A stretch of DNA of 63,574 nucleotides, filler included, from Octopus bimaculoides (GCF_001194135.2; 5 parts of 5 records of this genome joined end to end with filler, not necessarily neighbours in it); one strand, 5' to 3'. Counted from the first letter of the whole stretch, positions 12,649-26,487 are shown. Translations and numbers: made by a program. The notes: generated from the letters alone by a model not told the origin.

Positions 12649-13432
12649 NNNNNNNNNNNNNNNNNNNNNNNNNNNNNNNNNNNNNNNNNNNNTTAATTAA
12701 TTAANNNNNNNNNNNNNNNNNNNNNNNNNNNNNNNNNNNNNNNNNNNNGGGCCCGTAACTGGTCCCCCGATCTTAAAGGTGTAATGTGGATGTGTAATGA
12801 TGACACATCAACAAATGAGCCAGAAATTCTAACTTAAAAAATATACAAAGAAAAAGACAATGTTGTATTCAGAAGCCAAAAGATGTTTTTTAGCTGAGGT
12901 GTAATTTTATAATGAAAACAAATTCAAAATTTAAATTTTGGAGCAAAACACCACGTTTTTTGGTGTATGGTTTCAGTTGAAATGTGTGAGTGTGGTTGCT
13001 ATTAATAGCAGTTTAAGGTCAGTTGCAGAAAGGAATTCAAAATGGCAACATGCACAATCATATACATACAAACACACACATGCATGCATACACATACATG
13101 CACACACATACATGCACACATATACACAAACACAGATGCAGACAGACAGACAGTCTTCACCTCTTTCTCTCTCTCTCCCTACCTGTTGGTTTGCCACTGT
13201 CTGGAATTGTTTCTTTCTCTCTCACTCTCTCTCTTAGTTCCTCTCTTGCTTTTAAAACAATAAATGTCCAAACTGATTCAGCGTTTCAATCGAAAAATAT
13301 ATACGAAAGTATTAGACAGATTTTGTTTAGGATACTGTATCCAATATTTGCTGTGGTTAAAAACACAAAACAAACATCCCGTTCCTTTGAGTCACCACTC
13401 ACTCCTCTCTCATATATATGTATGTCTCGAGT

Positions 13433-14028
13433 TGTAGCTGTAATTCAAAGGAGCCAGCCTTGGGATCTTTTTGGTTTGACGGGCAACGTTTTTCCTTTAT
13501 GTTTTATGTAGTGTTTTTGGTACCGAAACACTTTCAAACTTCGTATACTTGTATATTTTGTGTTATAGAACAGATAGAAATTTTTGTATTCAAAGTTATT
13601 TCATGTTAAAAATTGTCTTATTTCGATAATTTCAACCAATCACTGACGTCTATTCAGTTGAATACAGTTACTGCTGTGGCGGTGTATATAGCATTAATCC
13701 CTGTTAGTTCTGACATTTCCGATTANNNNNNNNNNAACAGGGAATAACACTTTTCTCACCAGCAAAAAATTATTGTTTACAAAACAGCAGTAACTGTATT
13801 CAGCTGAATAGACGTCAGTGATTGGTTGAAATTATCGAAATAAGACAATTTTTAACATGAAATAACTTTGAATACAAAAATTTCTATCTGTTCTATAACA
13901 CAAAATATACAAGTATACGAAGTTTGAAAGTGTTTCGGTACCAAAAACACTACATAAAACATAAAGGAAAAACGTTGCCCGTCAAACCAAAAAGATCCCA
14001 AGGCTGGCTCCTTTGAATTACAGCTACA
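13433..14028. mobile_element. Foldback/MITE-like element with 245-bp inverted repeats
   Basis: 13433-13677 is the reverse complement of 13784-14028, with one mismatch seen. Related sequence occurs at about 46262-46400. Confidence 0.7.
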
Positions 14029-14059
14029 TCACAGTGATGATGATGTCATATCTGTTATT

Positions 14060-14229
14060 GATGATTTTTTTACCAACAGACTGAAAACTTCTTCAGTAAT
14101 GAAATCCAAGCACTGCAACACTGATGGAAGAAGTGTGTGGACTGCAGAGGGGGACTATGTTGAAAAATAAATCTCTTTTGGTTACATTCCATCTTAGTTA
14201 ATCTATGAGCTTTTCAGCTGATCCTCGTA
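14060..14229 (+). mobile_element. mariner transposon 3' end with TIR
   Basis: IQALQH*WKKCVDC-GDYVEK* is a mariner C-terminus; the element ends ttttcagctgatcctcgTA. Confidence 0.75.
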
Positions 14230-14899
14230 ATTTTGTGAGAGGCATTTTCACAGCAGTCACTTTGTATTTCATTTAAACACACAACACCAAGTTGTATTTG
14301 TGAAGATTCCTGACTCCACTTCTACATGACTTCAGATCATTCTGGGGAGGAGATTTTAAAATCTTCATAGTACAGCCTTTCATACTGAGGGTCTATACAA
14401 ACTTGCAATTGATGGCTTTACACTCTAGTAATTCTTATGGTAATGAAGTTTTTCACTCACTACTTGCAGTTTGTATGTAAAGGCAATTAGTTTACCCATT
14501 AGTGTCTCCTGTTGACAATTCTCATTGAACTTAGATAATCTATCATAAATCACAGCTGGTGGTTTGTGAATTTATTATTCACTTTCCACTTGATGATGAT
14601 ATCTAATTGTCCTATATTTTTTTTCTGAGTCTACCAATATTTGTCTGGAGAAAGTCATCCCTTTTAGTTGTATCTTCTCATTACAATCAGTCTCTGTTAT
14701 TTTTATTGACTAGTAAATAGTGACTACAGCATATCATAGTAGGAAATTCAGATCCAGAAGTTAGGTGTTCCTTAGCCACTTGGTTGATTGCTGATGACTT
14801 CAATCTGTAGATTTTTCTGACAATTCATCTTGTAATTATTGTTTTATGTAATTGTTTAATTGTCATTGTCATGATGATAATCATCATGATCATCATCGT

Positions 14900-15660
14900 C
14901 ATCATCGTTATCATCACTATCATTTAATATCTGCCTCCCATGCTGGCATTGGTTAGTTAGTTTGACAGGAGGTGGCGAGCCAGAAGATTGTACCAAGTTG
15001 TGTTGTCTGCTTTGGCATGGTTTCTACTGCTGGATGCCCTTCCTAATGCCAGACACTTTACAGATGCTTTTTGCATGGTACAACACCAGCAAGGTTACTA
15101 TGTATCTTTAATTGCTTTATCTATCATATTGCTGTCAACTCAGGTAGCTGACCCCTATATTGGATCCACAATAATAAGACTCTCCTTTTCCCTTTCATTC
15201 TCTACCTGTGACACTTTTATGCCTCTTTCTTTTCGGAGTTACTAAGAACAATTGTACCATCATCCATCTGTACACACTTCTCTCCCACATCATAATTTTC
15301 TCTAACACAGTCTTGTATTCTGGAACATCTCAAGCTGCTGATCCTTATGTTGCAGAACATTGGCAAATCTCTTCCTTGCTGCTTCTTCCTTTGCCAGAGA
15401 GACCTGTTACCTGTTTTTTTCCTAGCCATCTGGTATATTTCTCTGCGGCCCACTTTCTTCCAATCCTTCTAGTCTGTCTCTTTGCTTTTATGCTCCTTTC
15501 AACTTTACTATTCCACTGCCATGTCACTCTCAGACTGGCTGTAACTTTGCATCAGCCACAGATTTAGTTTGTTGCTGTCAATAGGTTGTCCCAAAGGAAC
15601 TTCCAGTTCTCCTCTTCATTATAAGTCTCCATTTCCTTCTCCTTGTTGAATACTGTTTAT
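14900..15660 (-). mobile_element. RTE LINE fragment plus RTE-type (CAT)n tail
   Basis: CVRENYDVGEKCVQMDDG...SEKKEA matches the RTE copy at 33386-34552. Confidence 0.75.
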
Positions 15661-16534
15661 TAATGTAAATGATGAAGTTTTGTTACAATTTTGTTGTTAA
15701 GTGTGCTTTGAGTTGCTTATATTCTTCACTCATTTCTATTTATTCACAAGCAGCTACCTCTGTTTACGAATGTAACGATGTGTGATGTCAGCATGCTCAT
15801 CTCTGTTATTGTTGTTACATATATTTGTTTATGGTCTTCTGAGGAGAAGAATCCACTGCTCTGTTCTGACTTATATTTCATATGTGATCGTGATGGTTGG
15901 TAAGGGTCTTAATGAAGGTACTTAATGAAGGTACTGAAATGCAAATAGTTGGGGCATTTGAGAGCCCAGTCACTCTTCATGCATTTAATGTAGCCTATTA
16001 AAATATCTTACCTAGCCATATTATAGAATTGAGAGATCTTGGTTCAAAGGCTCTCTGAAACTTTTCTCAGTAGTATCATGATCTGTGATAGCTGATTCCA
16101 GTCTCCTGTCCAATCATGTTATAGTAATCCCAGATGGTGAGTTACAATTAATTTTCGTCTCTTCATTAGTTATGCTCAACTCTAATAAAAGATGCTTCTT
16201 CACAATTATTCAAAGAAGATAGTTATCTTCTTTAGAGAAATATTAAATAGATGATTTATTAGGCTTGTATCAATGGTGCATTGCACTCATAATCATCAGA
16301 TTGTGGTTTTGATTTGTGGACTGGATAATATATTATATTCTTGAGCGAAACACTTCATCTCACATTGCTCTGCAATTGCTTCAACATTTGACTTGTGATA
16401 CACTTGGCATCATACAGCCAATGTTGATTTGATGGCCGAAGTGAGCTAATGTACAGTACAAACATTCAGTCACTTTTAACAAATAATCAAATCATTTACA
16501 CAGGTTTTTCAGTAAGAAATTGCTGAAAAAAAGC

Positions 16535-16697
16535 ATCCACCACACTCTTGGAGTAGTTAGTGTTAGGAAGGGCATCCAGCTGTAGAAACCTGGCCAGATC
16601 AGATTGGAGCATGGTGCAGCCTACTGGCTTGCTAGTCCTCAGTCAAACCGTCTAACCCATGCCAGAATGGATAGCAGACATTAAATGATGATGATGA
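16535..16697 (+). mobile_element. RTE-tail-derived SINE/LINE 3' end
   Basis: ggaagggcatccagctgtagaaac...aacccatgccag...taaatgatgatgatg; the same family as 59235-59418. Confidence 0.7.
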
Positions 16698-16698
16698 T

Positions 16699-16733
<35 letters not shown>

Positions 16734-16969
16734 TATGTATTTATTTTATCCTAATTAATAATAATTCGGATAGAATAAATGGGTTAATAGAAACCAGGGT
16801 AGCAAAGATCACAAAATAACTGTGGTGTAATTCCTGTTTTTGAGGCAGAAACTCCTTGATATTTTGGGTATTTGAGTATATATATGGATCGCATAAATTG
16901 TAATTCTTCGAAACATATGTCGGAATAAAGTATGCAGTTATAACATGCGTTCACTCCATTCCTTAAATT

Positions 16970-17000
<31 letters not shown>

Positions 17001-17009
17001 GAAGGAGTC

Positions 17010-17620
17010 TCCCTCATGTGAACCCAATAGAGGGACAGCAGTATGATAGATAAGGCAATTAAACATATGAAAACAGAGAAAGTTCCATCAGGAGTCACTG
17101 CTGAAATGCTTAAAATATCTGGTGAACTAGGATACAGTTTAGTTAATCAAGTTATTCAGGAAGGTGCAATCCCCATTGACTGGTGTAACAGCATTATAAT
17201 CAGCTGCTACAAGTGTAAACAAGATACCTTAGATAGATGTAATTACCGACGACCAGATGGCGAAAGTTACAGAGAGAGTTAGAGCCCAATCAATTCGCAA
17301 CAAAATTAGACTGGATGAAATGCAGTTTGGCTTTGTCAGGCAACTACTAGAGAAGTATTTAGCTAAGAATAAGCCATTATACTTGGCTTTTTGATAGAAT
17401 ACCCTGTTCTGTGATATGGCAAGCTCTGAGGAAGATAGGGTTAGAGGAGTGGCTTGTGAAAGCAGTAAGGTGAGAGTTAACCATGAGTACAGTGATGAAT
17501 TTGGTGTAGGAGTAGTTGCCTATCAAGGCTCAGTTCTCAGTCCCCTCCTTTTTATCATTGTTCTTCAGGCCATAACAGAGAAATTCAATATTCAAGACTG
17601 GCTGCCCCTGGGAACTGCTA
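17010..17620 (+). mobile_element. RTE LINE reverse transcriptase fragment
   Basis: IDKAIKHMKTEK..SGVTAEMLK, IPIDWCNSII..YK.K and YQGSVLSPLLFIIVLQAIT. Confidence 0.8.
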
Positions 17621-19059
17621 TTGTTTCTTCTCTCACTAAGTTACAACAAAACAGAAACATTCCACTGGCTTATCAGATTTTATACTCCATATATTATATT
17701 ATTATAGTGATACTCTTGTACCAATCTTTCTTATTGCTATGTTTATTTGAGTTTTCAAATGTATTTCTCATCATTTCTTTTCAATGTAAATTTAAGAGTA
17801 TTAAAATATTTATTAATATAAACATATAAACCCAAATACATTTATTTTTTAAAGTTCTCAATTTAATAATTCTTGATGTTACATCTTTATCAATAGGGTG
17901 TGTTTGTGTGTGTACATATATATACATATACTGAATTTGTGAAATATTGGAAAAGGTGTGTGTGAGTGTGTGCATGCATGAATGAATGTGGGGGAGTATA
18001 ATGTGTGTGTGTGTGTTTTGTATGTGAATGTCTACATGTTTGTATACACATCTTTATGCATATGTGAGTTTATGTATGTGTTGTGTATGTGTGTTTGTGA
18101 TTGTGTGTGTATAAAAGAGGAGAGAGAGATAGAGAGAAGTACTCAAGCAATTTTGATTGCTACAAACTATTTTAAAATGTATTTAATGAAACATGTCTGC
18201 ATTTTTGATGATTTATTGACTGGCCACTTGTGTTTTGTTGTTTATTCTAGTTAGTTTTTATAGCTTTGAGTCATGTGATATTAATGGTTGTTCAATAAAA
18301 TATTTAATATTAATATTATTATTATCATCATCATCATCATCATGTTTTCAATATTTTCCTTCAAGTTTCTACTGCACAATCAGGTGCACTTATATGTCTG
18401 TAAGGTGTGTGAAGCATTTTCTTTTGGTGAAATATAGGCATGTGTTTATATATTCTATATCAGTTTTTGTTTTACTGTTTTTGGTGTTGTTTTAGTATTC
18501 CATAAGTTAGCAGTGTAGAAATTATGTGTAGTGTAAGTTGTTATTTTGTTGTGTGGTGTTTGTGATTTGGAAGTATGTGTAGTTGATGTCATGTGTTATA
18601 GTGCTACATGGTGAATTGGTTGAGTAGGCTGTGTGTGTTGGTTGTGTTGTAATATTTGTGGGGCATCTGTGTAAAATGGGATTTAGGTGAATTATTAATA
18701 GTGTGGGGTATATTATTGTTGTTGGTAGTGTTGGTTGTTGATTGACAGAATTGCAAGTGTTGGACAAAATATCTTGTGGTATTTGTTCTGGCTCTTTGCT
18801 TTCTATGTTCAAATCCAACTGATTTGCCTTTTATCCTTACGGGATAGATAAAATAAAGTCCCAATGAAGTTACTGTGGTTGATGCAATCAAATTAAACCC
18901 TTCTCTTCAAATTTGCAGGCCTTATACCTGAATTAGAAACCATTGTTATCATTTTTAATCAGAGAAGCAGTCTTAGATCAAGCATTGATCAAGACAGAAT
19001 ATTTGCCATCATCAAGCCCTCACAGCCCCCTGCCAGTCAGGCAATGCAGTAGGTAGAAG

Positions 19060-19430
19060 TTAAATATTGATGTTTTATAGAGGATTAGTGGTGGGCAAAA
19101 GTGACAACATTCTTGGAGAAAATCTGGATGTCAATGAAAATTTGCTAGCTAGTCTGTTCCAGAATACTTTCAGCTTGAGGCCTATAAATAATATCCAGAA
19201 ACTTAATGAATGTTATTGCATGGCTGTAGCTCTCGAGCTGAAACTAGTAAAAGAAAAAAAAAAAAAAAAAAAAAAAGAAACAGGCCTGGCAGTGCTATTG
19301 AGATGTATTGCCAATTTGAGATAAATTGTACAGACATGGAACTACCAGCAACCAAGCCAGCTTGTGCACATGACAATGAAACTATTCTGCATACAGTCAT
19401 TTAGTACCTGGGCATTGTGGAGTTTTCTTG
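19060..19430 (+). mobile_element. Degenerate L1/Tx1 3' fragment
   Basis: DNILGENLDVNENLLASLFQNTF aligns by eye with KDALGETLGYDENQLTNLFRRTF in the 2..766 ORF; ETILH also present. Confidence 0.6.
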
Positions 19431-19559
19431 AATAATCATGAGTAGAATGGATCTGGCTCTTTGTTATTTCTCTTGTATACAAGTTTTTTTTCTGTAATCC
19501 TACTCTGTGTTGTCCTATATTGTCCTATATTGTCCTTGGTCTTTTTGTTAGCCCTTGTG

Positions 19560-20200
19560 GTTCATTCTGCAGCGTGTCCCCTTGATAGAGCTGCTGTCCT
19601 GAGTGAAGCAGACATTAATGCTGGGCATCTGATATGTTGTCAGAGACTCATACTCACTACCATTTGGGCAATGGGATTGGTAGATGTTCCATTCTAACAA
19701 TGTATAGAGAATTAATGGTGGGGAAGAGTACTAACTATGGGCATCAATGGAAATGAACTAACTACTCTGTTCTAGAGGACTAGGATTGGGGACTTCTGTG
19801 GATAATTTCCAAAAGTCCTTGGCCTGGCAGTGTTTTTAAGGAGTGCTTCCAATGTCAGATAAACTCTACTGGCTTGGAAGTGCTGTCAGAAGGGCCTGTT
19901 TGAGATATGCGTTAAATAATGAAATTGTTCTAGATTCTGGATGCATTCATTCAATCTCCAGTCAGTTCTGACTTATGAAGTTATATTGAACAACTTCTGT
20001 CATGTGTGGAACAGATCTGGCTGTCAGTCAGTCTACTATGATGATTGCCCCACTGCCTTTTTGTAACCAGGCAAAGAAGGCTGTTTTCCTCTGTCTGGTG
20101 GCTATAGCAACAGTTTTTGTGGAGGAGAAGATTGAAAGGTATGAGGACATATTTTCCTCTTTGGTAGAGCGTTCGTCTACTTTTTCATGGTTCACTTGAA
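19560..20200 (-). mobile_element. Degenerate L1/Tx1 3' fragment, opposite orientation
   Basis: Minus-strand translation has pieces (KQALL..L; QHIRCPAL...AALSRG) matching the same ORF2 C-terminal region. Confidence 0.45.
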
Positions 20201-20564
20201 AAGGAAGGTGAGAGAGGGAGGGAAGTGCTGTCTTTGAGTGAAATTACAGAAAGATAGGATGGAACCATTTGAAGTGTAAGCCTATAAATTAGAAAACAAA
20301 GCCCTTGGTATTCAGGGAGATCTTAGATGGTGGAGTTCCCTGATTAGCTCTAGAAGTCTTTCTATATCATTATCATTTTTTTTTAATACTGTATACCATC
20401 AATACTTATATTTCATTTCTCTTTATATTTACAAGTTGAAGTTTATGTTTTCTTTGTCATTCCATTCTATGTAAATTTCCACACTTCACGACTTTCTTTG
20501 TATCATCCTCTTCATCTATTGCTCTAGTGGCAAATAAAGAAGTCATCATCATCATCATCATCAT

Positions 20565-20780
20565 CATAGTGAGCTGGCAGAATTGTTTAATGCATTGGAC
20601 AAAATGCTTAGTGGCATTTCTCCTGGCTCTTTATATTCTGAGTTCAAAGCATGCCAAGGTCAACTTTGTCTTTCATGCTTTCAGGGTCAATAAAATATAG
20701 AACTAGTTAAGTACTGGGATCAATGTAATCAACTTACACTCAAAAGTGCAGGCCATGTGCCAAAATTCGAAAGAATTGTT
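20565..20780 (+). mobile_element. SINE family B (B-box gagttcaaa...)
   Basis: gtgagctggcagaat...ctgagttcaaa...ctttca...gggtcaataaaa. Other copies at about 18770-18945, 22700-22880, 29845-30050 and 38770-38905. Confidence 0.7.
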
Positions 20781-21107
20781 GTTAAAATTAACGTAGCAAT
20801 GAATTAGTTTAGGACAAAATACCATATTGTATTTGTTCTGGCTCTCTGCTTTCTGAATTTTTGAATATTAGATTTACTCCATCACTTGCTTTGTGTCTTT
20901 GGGTTACATTTAGTAGATTTCATTCTGTTGCTATATTTGGGCCAAGTTTCTGACTTGAGGCTAAGTTCCTCTCTTCCCCTTACCAGTACTGAGGTTCTGA
21001 AAACATAAATGGTCATGGGCAGAACCTTTCCTTCCTGACTAAGCATTAAGAAAATAAAGGTAAGATTCCTTTATATTATACAAACACTTTGAGTGAAGGT
21101 ATATGTG

Positions 21108-21140
<33 letters not shown>

Positions 21141-21164
21141 GATATAATCATAAAAATGACTGTA

Positions 21165-21578
21165 TACTCTTTTACTTGTTTCAGTCATATGACTGCGGCC
21201 ATGCTGGAACACTACCTTTAGTCAAGCAAATCAAACCCAGGACTTATTCTTTGTAAGCTTAGTACTTATTCTATTGGTGACTTTTGCCGAACCACTAGGT
21301 TATGGGGATGTAAACACACCAGCATTGGTTGTCAAGTGATGCTGGGGGGGGGGGACAAACATAGACTCACAAACATATACACACACATACATACATACAT
21401 ACATATATATATATATACGATGGGCTTCTTTCAGTTTCCTTTTTACCAAATCCACTCACAAGGCTTTGGTCAGCCCGAGGCTATAGTAGAAGACACTTGC
21501 CCAAGGTGCCACGCAGTGGGATTGAACTCAGAACCATGTGGTTTGTAAGCAAGCTACTTACTACACAGCCATTCCTAC
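21165..21578 (-). mobile_element. SINE family A, full composite copy
   Basis: Reverse complement of 46711-47085, including the internal (CA/TA)n spacer. Confidence 0.85.
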
Positions 21579-21617
21579 ACCTGCATAATTTTTTTTATGT
21601 TTATAATTATAAAAATA

Positions 21618-21869
21618 TAATTATAGTTAAGGACTCCTGGCAATGACCATCCCCAATGTTAGAAGTAGATGTCAAATACCTACAGTCCACTCTAAAATTT
21701 GTTCTCTATATTCAACCACAGTTACGAATGCGAGGATTTTCTTGGTCATTCCCTCACGTTCGTACCTGTGGTTGAATATAGAGAACAAATTTTAGAGAGG
21801 ATTGTAGGTATTTAACATCTACTTCTAGTATTGGCGATGGTCATTGTCAGTAGCCATTAACTATAATTA
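21618..21869. mobile_element. Palindromic MITE with about 115-bp arms
   Basis: ttatagttaa...aaatttgttctctatattcaaccacag is the reverse complement of ctgtggttgaatatagagaacaaattt...ttaactataa. Confidence 0.8.
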
Positions 21870-21995
21870 ACAATGACTATTGAAAAGGTTGCAATACGCA
21901 ACGAAAATTTTAGAAAATATAAGTAAATGAGTTGAAACTTAACTGGTGAGTATGTTAAATAATAAGGCACTAAAAGAGAATGACTCTCCCCAGAC

Positions 21996-22042
<47 letters not shown>

Positions 22043-24307
22043 TCATCATCACTTTACATCTGTTCTTCCTTACTAGCATGGTTGGATGGGTCTCTCCTAT
22101 TAGTTTCTCATTTCTTGTGGCCCAACATTATCTCAGTCTTTACTATTTCCCATGTCTTCTTAAGCATTCTCTTGAATCATTTGACCATTATTCATCTAGC
22201 TGTTGTTGTCTTTCATACCATTCTTGCCTTTAGCTTATTTGCATTATTTTATTTATGCACTTCAACTCTACATATCCAGCAGAACATGCTTCCTTCATTT
22301 CTTTATAACCTCAAAGAGAGATTCATTTCTGTTACTTGAACTTTTTTATCAACCCTAGTCTTAATCTGTTTACAATGTTTTTGCAACATTCACCTATGAG
22401 CAATTGAAAGACTCATTTCTTGAGTGCTCTTACTGCTAAATACCTCTTTGTGTCTGTTACATATGAAATCCTTTTTCTCAGAAAGATTGCCTGAGATTCT
22501 GTGTGTGTGTGTGTGTGTGCAATTATCACGCTTTATACAGAAACAGATTACCATTTAGATGGTGAGAGAGAAGCCCTCTGTTGCCAAGAGGTAAACAGAA
22601 ATAAAAGGTCCATGAACTGTTCATAAAACCACACAGTTATGTTTCCTGTCAATAATGAATGTTTTTCCATTCTAGACAATCTGAAGCAGTAACAAGTTTA
22701 ATTACTGGCAGAATTGCTTCATTATCAGACTTGTAGAATTTAGTTACAACTCTTTATATTCTAATTTTAAATCTTGCCAAGGTCAATTTTGGCTTTCATC
22801 CATCTGGAGTACGTAAAATCAAGTACCAGGGGTCAATTTAATTGACTATCCTTTTTCTGAAATCTGTGGCCTTGATACCAATGCTAGAGATCCATATTAC
22901 CAAAATGTGTCGTGTTGTTGGACAGCAATAAATTCCCTTAGAGCCAAAGTTCAGTTTCAAATCTTACTTCACTGATAGCATTGAGATATTGTATCAAGGC
23001 AGTAAATCCATATTATCACACATTGAATCAGTGAGAAAACCAAATCACTAAATATAACCAGGAGAACTGCTACATAAAATTATTTTTAGATATGTGGAGT
23101 ATTGCTGTATAAGTCCATGTTGAGAGATGTGAAATGCTAATATATAAGATAATTGGAGAACTGCTATTTAAGATGCAGAGTACTACTATATATGTGGAGT
23201 ACTGCTATATCAGGAGTATTGGCATAAGCATTAACACTATGTTGAACACTGCCACTTAAAACTGTACCTTGTACATGAAATTGCAAGTTAGCAAAAGACA
23301 AAAGTCCTGATCAATTATTTTAGGGTTATAAATTCTACAGAAATCTTCCAGAGATGTTTTGAGATAAACCATAATATATATACCAGTTTTCAAAAGATGA
23401 AGAAAGTTCCTTCAGTTTATATATATAACAATGAAAGATAAAGAACTGTTGAGATATAAAAAAACCTTTGTCACACAAATATTTCAGCTTGATACAGATT
23501 AGTAACTATGGCGACAGGTGAAGAGAAAAACAACAAAAAACATAAAACCAATATTATATCAAAACCAACATTTATAAATCGATCAGCAGCTACCTATTGA
23601 ATGAGTTATAGTGTTAATGGCTGAATATTCCACAGACAATATAATTAGGTAAAATCAGTATGACTCAATGTATGACAAGGCTAATTGATTGAATTACAAG
23701 TACAATCTATTTGATGGACTTCCACTCTGATATTGAGTTGGTCAAGGCTATGAGGAAACACAGTTGCTCAATATACTGTTGACTAGTATTGAACCCACCT
23801 GTACCTGTTAGATGAGTTATTAAGGGAGTTTGTATGTGATTGCTTGATCTGCTAGAAATAGCATCTAAATATCTTGCACAGTCACCTTCCACTATATTAG
23901 AAAAGATAAGGTGGGGTGGAGGCATATTGGATAATATGATCTTATGTATACTGTCTGATTGAAATAGTCTGGGATGGTCATGGCTGGAATGCTTTTTATC
24001 ACAGGTCACCTGGATTGGGGCTGGCATGGCACTTAACAACAACAATAATGTACAAATTCAGCCAGTGAGAGACCTTGTATTTCAGTAGTTCTCATTGTTT
24101 CTAACTTTGTGGCTCAATAGAGACTAAATATACAATTACCTGTACTCTTTACATGGAAAGCTGTAAAACAACAGAAGTTTGCTTCCCAACCTTGTGGTTT
24201 GGGGTTCAATCTCATTGTGTGGTATCTTGGGAAATGTCTTCTTCTTTCACCTTGGGTTGACCATAGCCTTGTGAGTGGGTGGATTCTGTGGGCACCCATG
24301 ATATATA

Positions 24308-24475
24308 TATTATTTATTTAATAAGTTTGATTCAGCTCCATGAAAATTTTGTTGGCTCATCAAATGAATCTATGGAAACCAGTTTCTGTGAACCTGCCTG
24401 ACAAGATTTGTTTGAGGAACCTACAAAATTTTAAATCACATGGAGCTGGATCAGATTGTTATTAAATAGATAATA
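24308..24475. mobile_element. Palindromic MITE
   Basis: tattatttatttaataag...cagctccatg pairs with catggagctgga...attaaatagataata. Confidence 0.7.
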
Positions 24476-24789
24476 TATGTAACTCTTTCTGAATGTGTTG
24501 GGTGCCACCTTCTTTCATTTGTCCACTCATTCACATGTGTGTGTGTTGATAATAACTGTCTTTTCTTGCTGTATCCTTGTTCTAATTCATCTATCAATTC
24601 AGGGTTTGTGTTGAATATATCATTCCTTTCTAAAATTGATCTCTAGTAACTTTTCACTTATTCTGTTTATGGGATGTTTTTTAATGATGTTGTGTTATTT
24701 TTGTTGAAGCTGTGATTGACTGATTTGAGATCTCTTGAAAACAGCATGTATCTATGTGGGTGGGTAGGTAGGCAGGTAGGCAGATAAGT

Positions 24790-25170
24790 AGTGGGGCAGG
24801 CAGAGTGGTTGATTGGTTGAAGCAACACCTAAAAATATAAGAGAACAATCTGGAAACCATAAACTATGGCAACAATCACTGTACCATGAAGAGTTCAAGC
24901 CTACCATTACCATTCTAACAAAGTAAAAGAGCAAGCTCAGCAAACCTGAAAAGTTTGCTGGAATAAAAAAATTAATGGAAACATTTAACATTGTTTCACC
25001 ATTGATTTATGGTAGATGGAGAAATTTTATCAGAAAAGTTGCTGGGAAACTTACAGTAGAGACATCATGTAACCAGTGATCGATTTTGTAACTAATGACC
25101 ACTTAACACAACATTGTGTATGGGGCACTTAATGGACATTGAGTATGCTATTGTGTTGTGTGTTTATATT
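24790..25170 (+). mobile_element. Possible CRE-like RLE non-LTR element 3' remnant
   Basis: Weak resemblance (fSPLIyg...FIRKVAGKL) to the FTPLVF...LAEKLA C-terminus; heavily decayed. Confidence 0.3.
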
Positions 25171-25715
25171 GGGCAGCATTTATTATTGAACACTAATTTC
25201 AGAGTGACAGAGATTGATTGAAATAGATGAAAATACACACCAACTAGCAAAATGAATGATCCTTCAACTTACAAACAAGATTGACCAAGTATAGAGAAAT
25301 AAATGGTGGATGAATGTGTTCACAGACATTAAGTGCTGAATCAATAATAGATTGTCAAACCCAATAATGTCACTTATTTGGGAATGAACTCTACATAGTT
25401 GCTCGATCTATCAGAAATAACAATCAAATGCCCTCCAAAAAAACATTGACATTCTTAATTAAAATGACTGAGTTGTCACATGGTTATTCAGTCTGCTTAA
25501 AATAACAACCAAATTCTCTCAAGTCACTATTCTATTGCCTTAGATATGTGATAAAAAAGAAGCCGATTGTATTATTATGCGTGGAAACCTATTGTATATC
25601 ATTGTCATCATCTGTTGGCCTTGCATTCTGGCATGGATTGGATGAGTTAGCATGGTTCAAGTCAGTTCTTATTTGAAGTTTCTGCCCTACTGCTCATAGA
25701 TGTGTGCATGCATGT

Positions 25716-25750
<35 letters not shown>

Positions 25751-25811
25751 TATCTCTTCATAACTTAACAATGTAACAAATAGATATTGTTAAATTAAGT
25801 ACAAGATTTAA

Positions 25812-26031
25812 CCCTTTAGCATTTAAATCGGCCATATCTGGCTTGAATGTTCAACCTGTTCTATGTTCAAACTGGTCATATCTGACCTCTCATACCTATC
25901 CTATGATGTCATTTTAAAAGTAAACAATCACATCATTAAAATTTTGAAGCTAGAAGATAATGCAAGATTAATTCAAAACAATGAGAATAGGTAAGCATTA
26001 CGTTTGACAGAATAATCTGAATGCTAAAGGG
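25812..26031. mobile_element. piggyBac-type MITE
   Basis: TTAA|CCCTTTAGCATT...AATGCTAAAGGG|TTAA: perfect 12-bp TIR with a TTAA target-site duplication. Confidence 0.85.
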
Positions 26032-26487
26032 TTAAGTAGCAATAAGTAGTGAGGTTGATATAATTGACTAAAGTTTTCATTGTTTATATGTACACAGATA
26101 CACATATATACAGTCACACACACATTTATCCACACAAATATATATATATATATATATTTTGTAGGTATCAGTTAGAGGAGTTTAATACCTCTAAGGGATA
26201 ATTAAATCAAAAGACGCTCCTGGTTATTACCTGAGTCTTTTGTAAAGTTGTACGGTAGCAGGTAGTTCAGTAGGTAGACTGTAGTTTAGGTTATATACGA
26301 GAAGAAAATGGATGTAAATAACATGGAGAAACTCATCATTTTCACTGGTATGTCTTTAATTTAATTCTTTGTTAATTGATTAAATTAAAGACATACCAGT
26401 GAAAACGAGTTTCTCCTTGTTATATATATCCATTTTCTTCTCGAGTATATATATATATATATATATATTTATATTGTTATTATTATT

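Noticed and set aside
12693-12704. TTAATTAATTAA islands inside N runs (also near 37787, 46207 and 59970)
   Set aside because: An identical 12-mer embedded in gaps four times is a scaffolding or gap marker, not biology.
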